63,884 nucleotides of DNA from a virus (Duplodnaviria; Caudoviricetes), in IMG/VR virus record IMGVR_UViG_3300025132_000031, positions 1 to 63,884 of that record; one strand, 5' to 3'. Shown here piece after piece: positions 8,214 to 17,484 of the stretch. Position 1 is the first letter of the stretch, and every line of letters begins with the position of its first letter. The position numbers and the translations under genes were made by a program. The notes beneath the pieces are model-generated. The model saw nothing but the letters and a program-made list of their open reading frames with translations, was not told the origin of the DNA and ran no database searches.

Positions 8214-10804
8214 TAGCGTCGTCTTCTAAGAAGTCGTTGCATAATGTCGTTCATAGCCTTGTCATACTCAGGAGAACCTACGTCCTTATCTAGAGTGCCT
8301 AAACCTTCTAGTAAAGTATTTCTTGCTCCTACGGCTTCTGTCTCTGCTGCAACTCTTTGATAATTTGCAACCCTTTGAGCTTCCTCTGCTCGCTTGTAAT
8401 CTGTTGGTGTTAGTGGTTTCTCAGGGGCGTTCACCTGCGAAGCATTTGCAGTATTTATAGAAGAGGTCTGAGGTATGTTAGAAGACTCCTGATCAATCTG
8501 ATATGCCCTGCGTAATCGATTTGCTTCTGCGTTTCCTTCTTCTAAAGGAACCCCTAGGCCACGTCGGTAACCTTTCTCTACCCAGTATTTCTCGGCATTA
8601 GAGCCTGCAGGGATAATTGGATTTTCTTTTGTATCTAGAACTCGACTTGTATTAACTCCTCGAGACAAATCCCAACCACTCTCTAGCTCAGCTTTACGTG
8701 TTTTATTAGGATCTTTAATCGTCATCTGATTTGCCATGGCCTCGGAGAAATCAGTCGAAGCATCTTCTGATGAACTTCTTCTACGAGTCTTCCTTTCTCT
8801 CTCTTCTTCTTGAACTTCCGTCCTTCCTCCTTCTTCAATTGCGCTCACAGCTAAAGGTGCTTCTCTCAAAGAAGTAGCAACTTCTGTTGGATCGATTTGA
8901 TATTTTTTACCAATAGCCATTATCAGTTCACGACCTAAATCGACAGGCATCGCAGCACCCATCTTCACCTTGTAATCACTTAGGTTTTCATATAATTCAC
9001 GAGCAGCTTTATTCTTGTTAGTTAATGATGTCTCCCCGATAATATCTAACTCCCGACTCTTAGCGGATTTAGCTCTGATAGCACTTTCTAAATCTTGAAG
9101 TGCAGCACTCCCAGGCTTGAATCGTTTTAATATTTCTTGAGGATCAACGTCAACCACTCCTTTAGCAGTTCTTAATTTGCCTGTCATCACTGCATCTGCA
9201 ATATTATCCATAGCAGCACGAGACCCATCACTAGGTTCTTCCATAAAGGATCCGCCAGCTAACTGATGATAGAAGTCAATAGTATTCATGTCCGTAGCTT
9301 TCTCTCCGATGAAACGTGCGTATGCATCATCAGGTTGATTTAGTAGCTGAGTGATTCCTGTGTCATAAGTTCTATAAGAATCCGCAATACGATATCCAGA
9401 TCCGTCAGGTAGTAAGTGCAATAAAGTTTTTGTTCCATCAGGCCGTGTCATTTCTCCACGTTCTGACAATGTATTTCTTTCGAGGGCTGGAGATATTTCC
9501 GCACTAGCACCACGGTCATCTAAGCTCTTGAAAGAATATCCTTGCTGTTTGATCCGATTAATATCCGCTATAGAAATAGTTTGTTTCTTCTTCTTAATAG
9601 GACTCTTCATCGTCGTTGGTGCGAGCCCGAGACGGTGGGCCTGGCTGCGAAGATACTCCACATCACGAGACATGGGATTACCTATACGATATCTTCCTTG
9701 ATACTCCGCACCATTCCAGTTGAATACTGGCAATACTTCCTGCGTTGTTTTTGTTCCTACTCCCTGAACTTTTACAGTCTTCGGCCTAATAACTATTCCT
9801 ATAAGGTTTCGTGCTTCTTTGGACTTAGGGTCGTATCCTTTTTGTTGACTATACGCAAGTAGTTCTTCTGTATCTAGAAGCCTTAAATCAGGACTATCAA
9901 AATCAATTAACTCGGTTTTTGCTTCACGTAATATTTGAGATGCAACCTTACCTAGTCGCTCTCCTTGCTCCATATCTCCTTCTCCAAAAGCGTCAATTCT
10001 TATGGTTGGATCAATGCCTGCGTTTTTGGGCATCTCCTTTTCAACAACGTTCATATCCTTCGGAATCCAACCTTTCTTTCTGCTACGAGTTTGAACGAGA
10101 TTCAATGGATTGATATCACCATCTTTTTTCTCTGCAGGGTCTCCTTGATAGTTGATATAGTTAGCTTTACTCTCATCTTCTAAACTGCCAGCAGTTGGTG
10201 AAATTCCATACCGCCTATTATCTACCAAAGTTTCGTAAATAGGGTCGACCTCTCCGTCTCTGCTTAACTGACTCCTCTTTATCTCATTTTGTCTTGTATT
10301 ACCTATATCACTGGCTGTTTTTAAGTCAGTTCTTCTTTCTACTTCAGGGTTTCTAATCGCTACTTCTAGTGGAACTTCTTCTCCAGTAACCTTGTCAATC
10401 TCAGTTTTTTGATAATAATTGTAAGGAATACGACCTTTAGTCATATTCGTATCTATCAAGTTAAGTTTCTCTATTCCTAAAGGCCGACCTTCTATTAAAC
10501 CCTTTAATCCACCTTGATTTCTAGTTCTTGGACGTAGATCTTTTGGATCTCCTTGTGGAACTTCTGTTGCTGAAGAATATTCATCCGTAGTAACAATATC
10601 AGGTGGTATTCTCCTTACATTGTCATTTGCTTTGATAAGTTTTTTAACTTCACCCTGTAAATACTCTTCTTCCGCAGCGAGTTTGGCGGCTTCTTCGCTT
10701 CTGGATAGTATTGGTTCTTGTCTGATTATTGGTCTACGTCTACCTCTACGAGGATCATTCTCGTCTCCTCTTTGAGGAAATTGTCCAACACCGCCAAGCG
10801 CCAT
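8213..10804 (-). CDS. Large (863 aa) charged protein of unknown function
   Basis: Long ORF; no recognisable motif. Confidence 0.85.
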   Translation of the reverse strand: MALGGVGQFPQRGDENDPRRGRRRPIIRQEPILSRSEEAAKLAAEEEYLQGEVKKLIKANDNVRRIPPDIVTTDEYSSATEVPQGDPKDLRPRTRNQGGLKGLIEGRPLGIEKLNLIDTNMTKGRIPYNYYQKTEIDKVTGEEVPLEVAIRNPEVERRTDLKTASDIGNTRQNEIKRSQLSRDGEVDPIYETLVDNRRYGISPTAGSLEDESKANYINYQGDPAEKKDGDINPLNLVQTRSRKKGWIPKDMNVVEKEMPKNAGIDPTIRIDAFGEGDMEQGERLGKVASQILREAKTELIDFDSPDLRLLDTEELLAYSQQKGYDPKSKEARNLIGIVIRPKTVKVQGVGTKTTQEVLPVFNWNGAEYQGRYRIGNPMSRDVEYLRSQAHRLGLAPTTMKSPIKKKKQTISIADINRIKQQGYSFKSLDDRGASAEISPALERNTLSERGEMTRPDGTKTLLHLLPDGSGYRIADSYRTYDTGITQLLNQPDDAYARFIGEKATDMNTIDFYHQLAGGSFMEEPSDGSRAAMDNIADAVMTGKLRTAKGVVDVDPQEILKRFKPGSAALQDLESAIRAKSAKSRELDIIGETSLTNKNKAARELYENLSDYKVKMGAAMPVDLGRELIMAIGKKYQIDPTEVATSLREAPLAVSAIEEGGRTEVQEEERERKTRRRSSSEDASTDFSEAMANQMTIKDPNKTRKAELESGWDLSRGVNTSRVLDTKENPIIPAGSNAEKYWVEKGYRRGLGVPLEEGNAEANRLRRAYQIDQESSNIPQTSSINTANASQVNAPEKPLTPTDYKRAEEAQRVANYQRVAAETEAVGARNTLLEGLGTLDKDVGSPEYDKAMNDIMQRLLRRRR

Positions 10805-10843
10805 CTATTTATACGAGATATATCTGTATTACAAGTCTACTGA

Positions 10844-11533
10844 TTAAGCTTGATCTCTATCTTGCATTAATGCCGAAGCAATAGGCAATCCGGCTACGGA
10901 TCCAATTAAACCTGCAGCTCCCATTCGGCGCATGCGATTCTTCAGAATTTTATCTGCTGCAGATTCTTGTTTTGGCATTTTATCTCCTGAATCCATGGCT
11001 ACAGTCACTTCTGGTTCAGTTCGTTTAGCTTGTCTTTGTGCTTCTTCTGCAACAACCCTGTCCATTTCTGGGGTTGCAGGTTTACCTGCTTGAGCTGCAG
11101 AACCTGCGACTTCTGAAACTACTCTTATATAGTCTTGTTCTAAATTGACCTTTTCTTTTGCAACCCTTAGCACTTCAGGTATATCACCCGCTGCTTCAGC
11201 GGCGGCGGCCTTTCTGTCTAAGTCTTGCATCTGTCTCTTGTATTCATTATCTATATTGATCGCTTCTACCCCTGTTTGAGCAACATTACCCATGTTGGAG
11301 AAATTTTCACGTAAGACTGGATCTAGCGCTGCTGCTATTCCTGCTCCACCTACTCCAGTTGCTAGAGGAATGTTGGCAATTAAATTATTAAGCATTAATT
11401 CTCCAAAATTATCCGCATCCATGTAACCTTGGACTTGAGAAATTGCAGGAGCAGCAGTACTTCCCAGAAGCATTGCTAACAAGGCTGGATCTTGTCCCGC
11501 CATTCGTAAAGAGTTAAATACTGGGGCTGCCAA
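10844..11533 (-). CDS. Hypothetical Ala-rich protein (LRMAGQ near N-terminus)
   Basis: TTG start; upstream TAGAAT-N7-GTAG. Confidence 0.7.
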   Translation of the reverse strand: MAAPVFNSLRMAGQDPALLAMLLGSTAAPAISQVQGYMDADNFGELMLNNLIANIPLATGVGGAGIAAALDPVLRENFSNMGNVAQTGVEAINIDNEYKRQMQDLDRKAAAAEAAGDIPEVLRVAKEKVNLEQDYIRVVSEVAGSAAQAGKPATPEMDRVVAEEAQRQAKRTEPEVTVAMDSGDKMPKQESAADKILKNRMRRMGAAGLIGSVAGLPIASALMQDRDQA

Positions 11534-11570
11534 GGCTTTTCAAGAACGTCTACTTTTTGTATTCTATATT

Positions 11571-12224
11571 TTATCCATAACCAATGTTTCCCACTAAACA
11601 GCAACGTCCTTCTGCTTCTTGGTCTTTCGGTTCAACCCGATGGAAGCGTGGTCCAAGAAATACAGTTAAAGATCCTTCTTTTGCTTCAACATATTCCGAA
11701 GAACCATCGATATTATCAATAATTAAAGGTGCAGAGCCCTTAGGAGTATTGACATTGTAAGAAAAACTCAATATATAAGGGAAATGACAATGAGTAACAA
11801 CGCCGGTGTGTTTGGCGTAGGTAATTCCCCAACATTCTGCAACGTAAAACTTTGTTGTATCAAAACCTAGCGAACCTATTAAGTCCCCTCTTCTCCAATA
11901 TTTTTGATTTTCGAACCTACCGCAAGCGAAATTAACGCAAACTTCTAACATTTTGTCGTTTAAGAAGTGCATAAACTTTTGCATCGCAGGATTATCTTGC
12001 TCTATCTGGTGCAAATCCCAGGGTGTGCGTTTACTGTTCCCCTTGACAGGTCTTTCAATTAAATTTTTGATAATATTTCGCTCTAATTCGTCTTTAATTT
12101 CAGAATGATTTGGATTATCGCACTGCAAATACAAACATTCCGTTTTGTGCTGGAAGCTAAGGTCATCGACTGGCACCCCTTGCTCCATGATGCGTTGCGA
12201 TTTTACTTCGTTGGAGGCGGCCAT
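11571..12224 (-). CDS. Putative 2OG-Fe(II) oxygenase (TIGR02466-like)
   Basis: ECWG...HCH...SFSYNV...EGSLTVF...FHRV...RCCLVGN. Confidence 0.7.
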   Translation of the reverse strand: MAASNEVKSQRIMEQGVPVDDLSFQHKTECLYLQCDNPNHSEIKDELERNIIKNLIERPVKGNSKRTPWDLHQIEQDNPAMQKFMHFLNDKMLEVCVNFACGRFENQKYWRRGDLIGSLGFDTTKFYVAECWGITYAKHTGVVTHCHFPYILSFSYNVNTPKGSAPLIIDNIDGSSEYVEAKEGSLTVFLGPRFHRVEPKDQEAEGRCCLVGNIGYG

Positions 12225-12791
12225 AGCGACTTTTTACGTTCTTTTTATTATGACAACAAATAGGGAAAGCGTTTTTCCTGATGAAGCGTATTATTCACTA
12301 TTTAGGGCCTCGTGGGAAAAATCCGAAAAATTCCTCTCAGCGCCCGATACATTAAACACCCACTGCGAGTTGTAGAACCTTCCAAACAAAAAAAGAATAG
12401 GCAAATCTTTAGAGCAATAAGCGTTGATGTTAGTGCTGCACTGAGCGATGTTAGTTAATTGATAACAACCAATCGCAATCGCACACGCTATCGCTTACTT
12501 AAACGCACCTGATTTCATTTGAATGCGATTTCAATGGAGCTATTCCTTTGCATTCATTAGCTATCCCCATGCATTCCTGCGTAGGCAACAGTTATCCAGC
12601 ACATACCCGCATACATAACGCATATTCTGCACGCCGCTTCCTCGCTCGCTCCTTGGCTCCAGATCTCTTGACGCTTGGATATTACTGTTGCTATCTCACA
12701 CTTATAGCTTATCAATCCCAAAGGGTAGACGTATTTTGTACCTATATCTCAACTCAGTAGGTGTTGCACTATTTGATGTTAGTTGTATGTT

Positions 12792-12815
12792 AATGTACCT
12801 TTTCATCAGTACATT
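12792..12815 (+). promoter_or_regulatory. Conserved early element copy 1 (AATGTAC-cttttcatca-GTACATT)
   Basis: Perfect 7-bp inverted arms; ATG follows immediately at 12816. Confidence 0.8.
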
Positions 12816-13115
12816 ATGACTTTCCTTAATAAAGCATACGATGTAAACATTCAAGGTTTAAATGGATGTATCTTCCAATCCTATGGCACAGATTGGGACG
12901 ATGTTAATAGCAATAAGGACTTGACTTACACAGATGATCGTTACTGGACACACCCATGTGGTGGAGTCTCAGAAGAATTCATCTATTGGTATGTCAATGA
13001 TTATGGCTCAGATAGCATCGAATACTACAGAGTTCTCATAGGTCCAGATCCGGTTGACTCTAATTTGCAAGCACACCAAGCAGAATTTGCCAAAGAGCTT
13101 GCGATTCCTTTCTGA
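12816..13115 (+). CDS. Hypothetical early protein (99 aa)
   Basis: ATG directly after the motif; terminator after the stop. Confidence 0.75.
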   Translation: MTFLNKAYDVNIQGLNGCIFQSYGTDWDDVNSNKDLTYTDDRYWTHPCGGVSEEFIYWYVNDYGSDSIEYYRVLIGPDPVDSNLQAHQAEFAKELAIPF

Positions 13116-13122
13116 GTAAATG

Positions 13123-13152
13123 CCCCTGCTTCGGTAGGGGTTGCTTTCTTTT
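13123..13152 (+). terminator. Intrinsic terminator, cUUCGg hairpin
   Basis: cccctgc-ttcg-gtagggg plus T-rich tail. Confidence 0.75.
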
Positions 13153-13165
13153 GAAGTTCAACTGA

Positions 13166-13286
13166 TTCGCTCACTTTGTTCGCTCACCCAGGCCTCGAGT
13201 CACGCTCGCTTTGCTCGCTACTCTCGGATTCATGAAGGTCTCACCAGGTAAGCGACTAGGTAAGCACCAGAACAGCCACTAGGTAA
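13166..13286. repeat. Short repeats: CGCTCRCTTTGYTCGCT x2 and SACYAGGTAA x3
   Basis: Copies at 13168-13184 and 13203-13219; at 13242, 13254 and 13277. Confidence 0.7.
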
Positions 13287-13296
13287 TGTTGTTTAT

Positions 13297-13318
13297 TGTC
13301 AACTTTCATCAGTACATT
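13297..13318 (+). promoter_or_regulatory. Conserved early element copy 2
   Basis: TGTCA-actttcatca-GTACATT; ATG at 13327. Confidence 0.8.
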
Positions 13319-13326
13319 TCTTATTC

Positions 13327-13488
13327 ATGACTACGCTTAAATCTCTTGCAAATCCTTGGGTCATAGGAGTAATCATTGGAGTAGCCCTCCGATATTACAA
13401 CTGCGATGGCGACTGGAATCTATTCTTTTCGCTCAAGCTTTGGGACTTCACTCCGACTATCCCAGAGTTCAACATACTCACTAGGTAA
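13327..13488 (+). CDS. Small protein (53 aa) with hydrophobic N-terminal segment
   Basis: Manual translation MTTLKSLANPWVIGVIIGVALRYY...NILTR*; lies between motif and terminator. Confidence 0.65.
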   Translation: MTTLKSLANPWVIGVIIGVALRYYNCDGDWNLFFSLKLWDFTPTIPEFNILTR

Positions 13489-13506
13489 GCACCATGTCAT
13501 CCCAAC

Positions 13507-13545
13507 ACCCCTGCTTCGTTTCAATCGAGGTGGGGGTTTCTTTTT
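13507..13545 (+). terminator. Intrinsic terminator
   Basis: acccctgcttcg/cgaggtgggggt stem plus T tract. Confidence 0.8.
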
Positions 13546-13566
13546 GTCCACCATCATCAGTACATT
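13545..13566 (+). promoter_or_regulatory. Conserved early element copy 3
   Basis: TGTCC-accatcatca-GTACATT. Confidence 0.8.
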
Positions 13567-13581
13567 TTTGTACTCTCTGTC

Positions 13582-13731
13582 ATGCTTAACTCAGTTGATT
13601 ATGTAACAGAAGTCCTGCAGGAGAAGCGTATCGATAAGATACACAAGCTATCTGAGGAAGATTACAAAGCTTACATGCAATGCGTTAAAGATGGACTAGA
13701 ACCAGCCATGTGTCATCTATATATCTGGTAA
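13582..13731 (+). CDS. Small protein (49 aa)
   Basis: Manual translation MLNSVDYVTEVLQEKRIDK...CHLYIW*. Confidence 0.65.
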   Translation: MLNSVDYVTEVLQEKRIDKIHKLSEEDYKAYMQCVKDGLEPAMCHLYIW

Positions 13732-13756
13732 GCACCAGGTCAGACACATTCCCACT

Positions 13757-13792
13757 ACCCCTGCTTCGATTTACTCGAGGTGGGGGTTTTTT
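13757..13792 (+). terminator. Intrinsic terminator (same stem as 13507)
   Basis: acccctgcttcg/cgaggtgggggt plus T tract. Confidence 0.8.
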
Positions 13793-13794
13793 AG

Positions 13795-13816
13795 TGTGCC
13801 ATTTCATCGGTACATT
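13795..13816 (+). promoter_or_regulatory. Conserved early element copy 4
   Basis: TGTGC-catttcatcg-GTACATT. Confidence 0.8.
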
Positions 13817-13840
13817 TTTCCCACTTACAGGTTAATTTCT

Positions 13841-14308
13841 ATGACTGCAGCTCAAGTTACTCAAATCGAAAAGCTTACTCAGCAACTATCAGAAGCTAAG
13901 GCTGAGATAGATGCCGCCAAAGCTACCGAGTCAGCACCAGGTCAGGCTTGGTGCAACCTAGAGCTCAAGTTACGCTTACCAGCAGATCTCAATGATCTCA
14001 AGCCCAGCGAGTATAACGGTAACAAGTCTATTAGATTCCAAGCAACTCCCTTAGTTTGGAACAAGCAGACAAAAGGTTACCAAGAAGGCAGATCATACTT
14101 CTTTGAATCAACTGACAACGGTTTCGGAGCACTCGCTACCGAAGTCGAGACACGTATCAAAGAAGATCGCCGTGACATCATTGTCCGTGCCCGCTACGAG
14201 ACTTGGGTCTACACCAGAGATGGAGAAGAGGTCACTTGCGACAAGTGGAAAGTCGTAACCATTCAGGATATTCCAGTATCCAAGTATGCAACACAGGAAA
14301 CTGCATAA
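13841..14308 (+). CDS. Hypothetical protein, possibly SSB-like OB fold
   Basis: YFF...LATEV...IIVRARYETWVYTRDGE pattern; ATG 13841 preferred. Confidence 0.5.
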   Translation: MTAAQVTQIEKLTQQLSEAKAEIDAAKATESAPGQAWCNLELKLRLPADLNDLKPSEYNGNKSIRFQATPLVWNKQTKGYQEGRSYFFESTDNGFGALATEVETRIKEDRRDIIVRARYETWVYTRDGEEVTCDKWKVVTIQDIPVSKYATQETA

Positions 14309-14316
14309 CAAACCCT

Positions 14317-14355
14317 ATACCCTGCCTAGCTTTTACTTGCTAGGTGGGGTATTTT
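14317..14355 (+). terminator. Intrinsic terminator
   Basis: ataccctgcctagc/gctaggtggggtat stem. Confidence 0.75.
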
Positions 14356-14360
14356 CATTT

Positions 14361-14382
14361 TGTACCCTCTCACCAGTACATT
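14361..14382 (+). promoter_or_regulatory. Conserved early element copy 5
   Basis: TGTAC-cctctcacca-GTACATT; ATG at 14386. Confidence 0.8.
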
Positions 14383-14385
14383 TTC

Positions 14386-14724
14386 ATGACTTATAGCACC
14401 GACCACAATGGCTTGGCAGAATTCCTTGAACCATTGGATGATGACCCCGATATTTACATAGGAAGTCTCACCACCAAGGAAGCTCTTGGCATTATCGATG
14501 CTGCTCACAAATCAAACAGTAACTCCTTATCAAGAGTTCACCACCAAATAGTCCAAGGCATCGCCTTAAAAGTATCCACCCTCAAACACTCATCCAATAA
14601 GGATAAGAAACAGCTTGCCGAATACGCAGAGCATGAGGCCAAGTGGAAAGCCAAGCTTGACAAGGCTCTCGAAAAACACGAGGAAGAGTATTCACCACTC
14701 AACGAGGACACCGAACATGAGTGA
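14386..14724 (+). CDS. Hypothetical protein
   Basis: ATG 3 nt after the motif. Confidence 0.7.
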   Translation: MTYSTDHNGLAEFLEPLDDDPDIYIGSLTTKEALGIIDAAHKSNSNSLSRVHHQIVQGIALKVSTLKHSSNKDKKQLAEYAEHEAKWKAKLDKALEKHEEEYSPLNEDTEHE

Positions 14725-14893
14725 CCGACGTGGATTCGAAGGTCTTCCCAAGAAGATCAACCCTGATAAGACTGAATGGATAGGCACTCACCTAACTAAC
14801 AGTCTTTATGAGGAGGATGAGATTCCAGACAGAAAAGGCTACGCAGCCGATCAACTTCTCTTCGACGACACTCTCAACGAGTCCCATATATAA
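14717..14893 (+). CDS. Small acidic protein (58 aa)
   Basis: MSDRRGFEG...; overlaps upstream stop; followed by terminator. Confidence 0.6.
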   Translation: MSDRRGFEGLPKKINPDKTEWIGTHLTNSLYEEDEIPDRKGYAADQLLFDDTLNESHI

Positions 14894-14899
14894 ATGCAC

Positions 14900-14932
14900 A
14901 GCCCTGCCTTACTACTAAGGTGGGGCTTTTTT
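14900..14932 (+). terminator. Intrinsic terminator
   Basis: agccctgcctta/taaggtggggct plus T tract. Confidence 0.8.
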
Positions 14933-14935
14933 ATT

Positions 14936-14957
14936 TGTACCATCTCATCGGTACATT
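14936..14957 (+). promoter_or_regulatory. Conserved early element copy 6
   Basis: TGTAC-catctcatcg-GTACATT. Confidence 0.8.
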
Positions 14958-14973
14958 CTTTTGCTTATTCCTT

Positions 14974-15357
14974 ATGTCATCTTCTGCTTTATCTCCAGAG
15001 TTCAAAGACCTACCCGGAGAAATCATGGACATTCCAGACGACGTTTATGAAGAACACCAGGAAAGCGAGAACACCACTACTATGGATGTGAATATCACAG
15101 ATCAACTCTTGAAAATCATATCCAAAGTAACACTCGCTGGACTATTCATCTTCAACTTCTGCAAGGCTACATTCCATGCCGTGCTACCTAGCATTGTTCG
15201 TCTCTTATATAGATACAACAAGTGGGCTATGCAACAGAAACCACTATCCAATCTCATAAAATACCTCTACAACTTAAGAACCGAAGACTATTGGGTCTAC
15301 AAGACCAAGACTGGTCGATTAAAAGATCTAGACGGTAACTGGTTCTCTAAGAAGTAG
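14974..15357 (+). CDS. Hypothetical protein
   Basis: ATG after motif; terminator follows. Confidence 0.7.
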   Translation: MSSSALSPEFKDLPGEIMDIPDDVYEEHQESENTTTMDVNITDQLLKIISKVTLAGLFIFNFCKATFHAVLPSIVRLLYRYNKWAMQQKPLSNLIKYLYNLRTEDYWVYKTKTGRLKDLDGNWFSKK

Positions 15358-15368
15358 AGGGTAACCTC

Positions 15369-15420
15369 ACCCTCGTGGCTACTATGCTTCCGAGGGTTTT
15401 TTATTGTGATACATCAGTAC
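15369..15420 (+). terminator. Terminator followed by degenerate element copy 7 (CATCAGTAC)
   Basis: accctcg/cgagggt plus T tract; core at 15412-15420. Confidence 0.65.
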
Positions 15421-15432
15421 TAACCCCTTAAA

Positions 15433-15669
15433 CTACGCACCGTAAGCAGGCTCAGGCTGATACGATCCCGACAAGGCATACTCAGGCTGACTATATTCCG
15501 GTGCCATCACATTACCAAACGTACTCTCATCGTAAAACTGGTTCACCAGTGAACGAGGAATCATTTTATCCCGACGAAAACCACGACGGAGATTCTCTAT
15601 CTTGTCATTCTTTAGACCTTCTCTTATATCGAAGTCAAAGACATCACCAGCTAATCTCAGTCCTTCCAT
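15433..15669 (-). CDS. Hypothetical protein (LRLAGD at N-terminus)
   Basis: Minus-strand island; shares the late-protein motif. Confidence 0.65.
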   Translation of the reverse strand: MEGLRLAGDVFDFDIREGLKNDKIENLRRGFRRDKMIPRSLVNQFYDESTFGNVMAPEYSQPEYALSGSYQPEPAYGA

Positions 15670-15808
15670 TCCTTAACCTCTCTTTGTTCACACATCTCAA
15701 CAGTCTCTTGATACCACACATACTTAGATCCACGAGTATCCCCATGAGTCTCCATAGACAACAACACCTTCCTAGCTATATCACATTCAGTAGGAGTCGG
15801 TTGTTTAA

Positions 15809-16294
15809 TCATGAGGTTAATACATCAGATCTTCCAGCAGCTTGCTGCTCTCCTTCTTGCAAATAATCCATGATTGCAACTAAACCAGCAGCACCTGCGG
15901 TCATCGAACCACCATAAAATGAAGATCTTTGCACGTTTCCCCAGAAACCTTCGGAAGCCATGCCTCTAGAAACCTGCTCTCCAACTCCTGCTTGGCGAGC
16001 ACCTACAGCCTCATCTATTAAGTCTTCGATGTTAATACCTGCATCTCTCGCTCCTTTAACTCCAGTAGGAGAAGACCAATCCCCAGGTGCACCACCTTTA
16101 GGGGCATAGTCTTGACCGACACTAGCAGCTACCTTAGCGTCGAAACTATCCCATCCTTGAGCATCATCTATCTTGACTCGACGATTCAATTCATCTCTCA
16201 AAGCTTGATCACCAGCTTCTCTGAAACGATCAGCGTGACCAGTCCATACCTTGTGATGAGGCTGAACTATATTCTCATCAATCCAACGTCTCAT
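15809..16294 (-). CDS. Hypothetical Gly/Ala-rich protein (REAGD)
   Basis: 161-aa ORF in minus-strand island. Confidence 0.7.
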   Translation of the reverse strand: MRRWIDENIVQPHHKVWTGHADRFREAGDQALRDELNRRVKIDDAQGWDSFDAKVAASVGQDYAPKGGAPGDWSSPTGVKGARDAGINIEDLIDEAVGARQAGVGEQVSRGMASEGFWGNVQRSSFYGGSMTAGAAGLVAIMDYLQEGEQQAAGRSDVLTS

Positions 16295-16338
16295 CTGTAA
16301 ATAATAATTGCGATACCTATATTGTACGTCTTTTTATT

Positions 16339-16360
16339 TGTAAGCTTTCATCAGTACATT
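16339..16360 (+). promoter_or_regulatory. Conserved early element copy 8
   Basis: TGTAA-gctttcatca-GTACATT. Confidence 0.8.
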
Positions 16361-16399
16361 TTGTGCTGGTCTATTGCTTCACGTTGTTTGATTTTTCTC

Positions 16400-16762
16400 A
16401 TGAAAATCCCATTCATCAATGCAGAACTGAATCTCTATTCAGGGACTGATAACAAATACGGGACCAACTGGGGACACATCGAGTTCCTCATGTGGTCCGG
16501 TTCCAATGACTCCAAACTGGAGACAATCCTCACAGCAGGAATGAAATCCGATCACCTCGTCAAAGCCGTAGGCCAAGACGATCCCACTATCTTCGAAGTC
16601 GTTGACGGCCAGAAGATTCACCGCAAGATCCTCATTGTAGGAGGCAAGCCAGTCGGAGAAGTCCCTCTCAAGACTATGGTTGCCAACTATAAAAGAGATC
16701 AAGCTCGTAAGAATCTCGACAAGGCCGAAGCAGTCGAAGCTACCGTTGCATCCGCAGCATAA
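16400..16762 (+). CDS. Hypothetical protein
   Basis: ATG 16400 downstream of motif. Confidence 0.7.
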   Translation: MKIPFINAELNLYSGTDNKYGTNWGHIEFLMWSGSNDSKLETILTAGMKSDHLVKAVGQDDPTIFEVVDGQKIHRKILIVGGKPVGEVPLKTMVANYKRDQARKNLDKAEAVEATVASAA

Positions 16763-16767
16763 CTAAC

Positions 16768-16832
16768 GAGGGGGCAGTGCTCATCTGCAGTCATGGATAA
16801 TGCCTCTGCAGTAACTGACACTTAACCCCCTC
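16768..16832 (+). other. Long intergenic hairpin
   Basis: Nested pairs gaggggg/ccccctc, agtg/cact, tca/tga, ctgcag/ctgcag; no U tract. Confidence 0.55.
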
Positions 16833-16848
16833 TCCTACCACTTCTAAA

Positions 16849-17484
16849 ATGACTTCTAAATCTCAAGCTAAAACTCAAGCTAATCAAGTTCCATCTAAGC
16901 CAGTCTCCTCGGCGAAGATGATTCCACAGCAAATGAACCGAAGCAAACTCGAGAGAAACCTACGAGACCTTGCTTATGACATGCTTCAATGTCCACCTGA
17001 GGCAGACTTCATCGAAGATCTAACTTCAGAAGACCCTGTTCTAAAACAGAAGGCGCAAGAACAGGTTGAAATGTGTCTAGTAGGAGCCGAACAGTTCGAC
17101 GAGAATGCAGACCAACTCCTGAGCATGGTTAGCTGGTTCAAGAATCGAGCACAATTCAGGATCGACGAGGCCAAGAGAATCAAAGCTCTGGCCGAGAGAG
17201 ATACCAAGACAGCCGATAGACTTGAATCCTTTGTCTATTCCATGTTCAGACATGTGTACCAAGATCAGTTCACTAAATATGATCTACCTACACACAAAAT
17301 CACATCAAGGAAAACAGAATCCGTAGATGTAGATGAATACAACATTAACTGGGACAAGATTCCAGAATCATGTACTCGAACAAAGAAATCCATTGATAAA
17401 GCAGAAATCAAGAAACTATTAAAGACCAACATGAAATTCCAAGGGGTCACCCTCAAAGTAGAAAGGAAGTGGTCTTTCGCATGA
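16849..17484 (+). CDS. Siphovirus Gp157-family protein
   Basis: Coiled coil (EAKRIKALA) then RKTESVDV...IPE...IDKAEIKKLLK...GVTL. Confidence 0.75.
   Translation: MTSKSQAKTQANQVPSKPVSSAKMIPQQMNRSKLERNLRDLAYDMLQCPPEADFIEDLTSEDPVLKQKAQEQVEMCLVGAEQFDENADQLLSMVSWFKNRAQFRIDEAKRIKALAERDTKTADRLESFVYSMFRHVYQDQFTKYDLPTHKITSRKTESVDVDEYNINWDKIPESCTRTKKSIDKAEIKKLLKTNMKFQGVTLKVERKWSFA

Noticed and set aside
12145-12760. Short ORFs 12145-12375 and 12548-12760
   Set aside because: TTG starts, no SD, atypical composition; the first overlaps the oxygenase gene antisense
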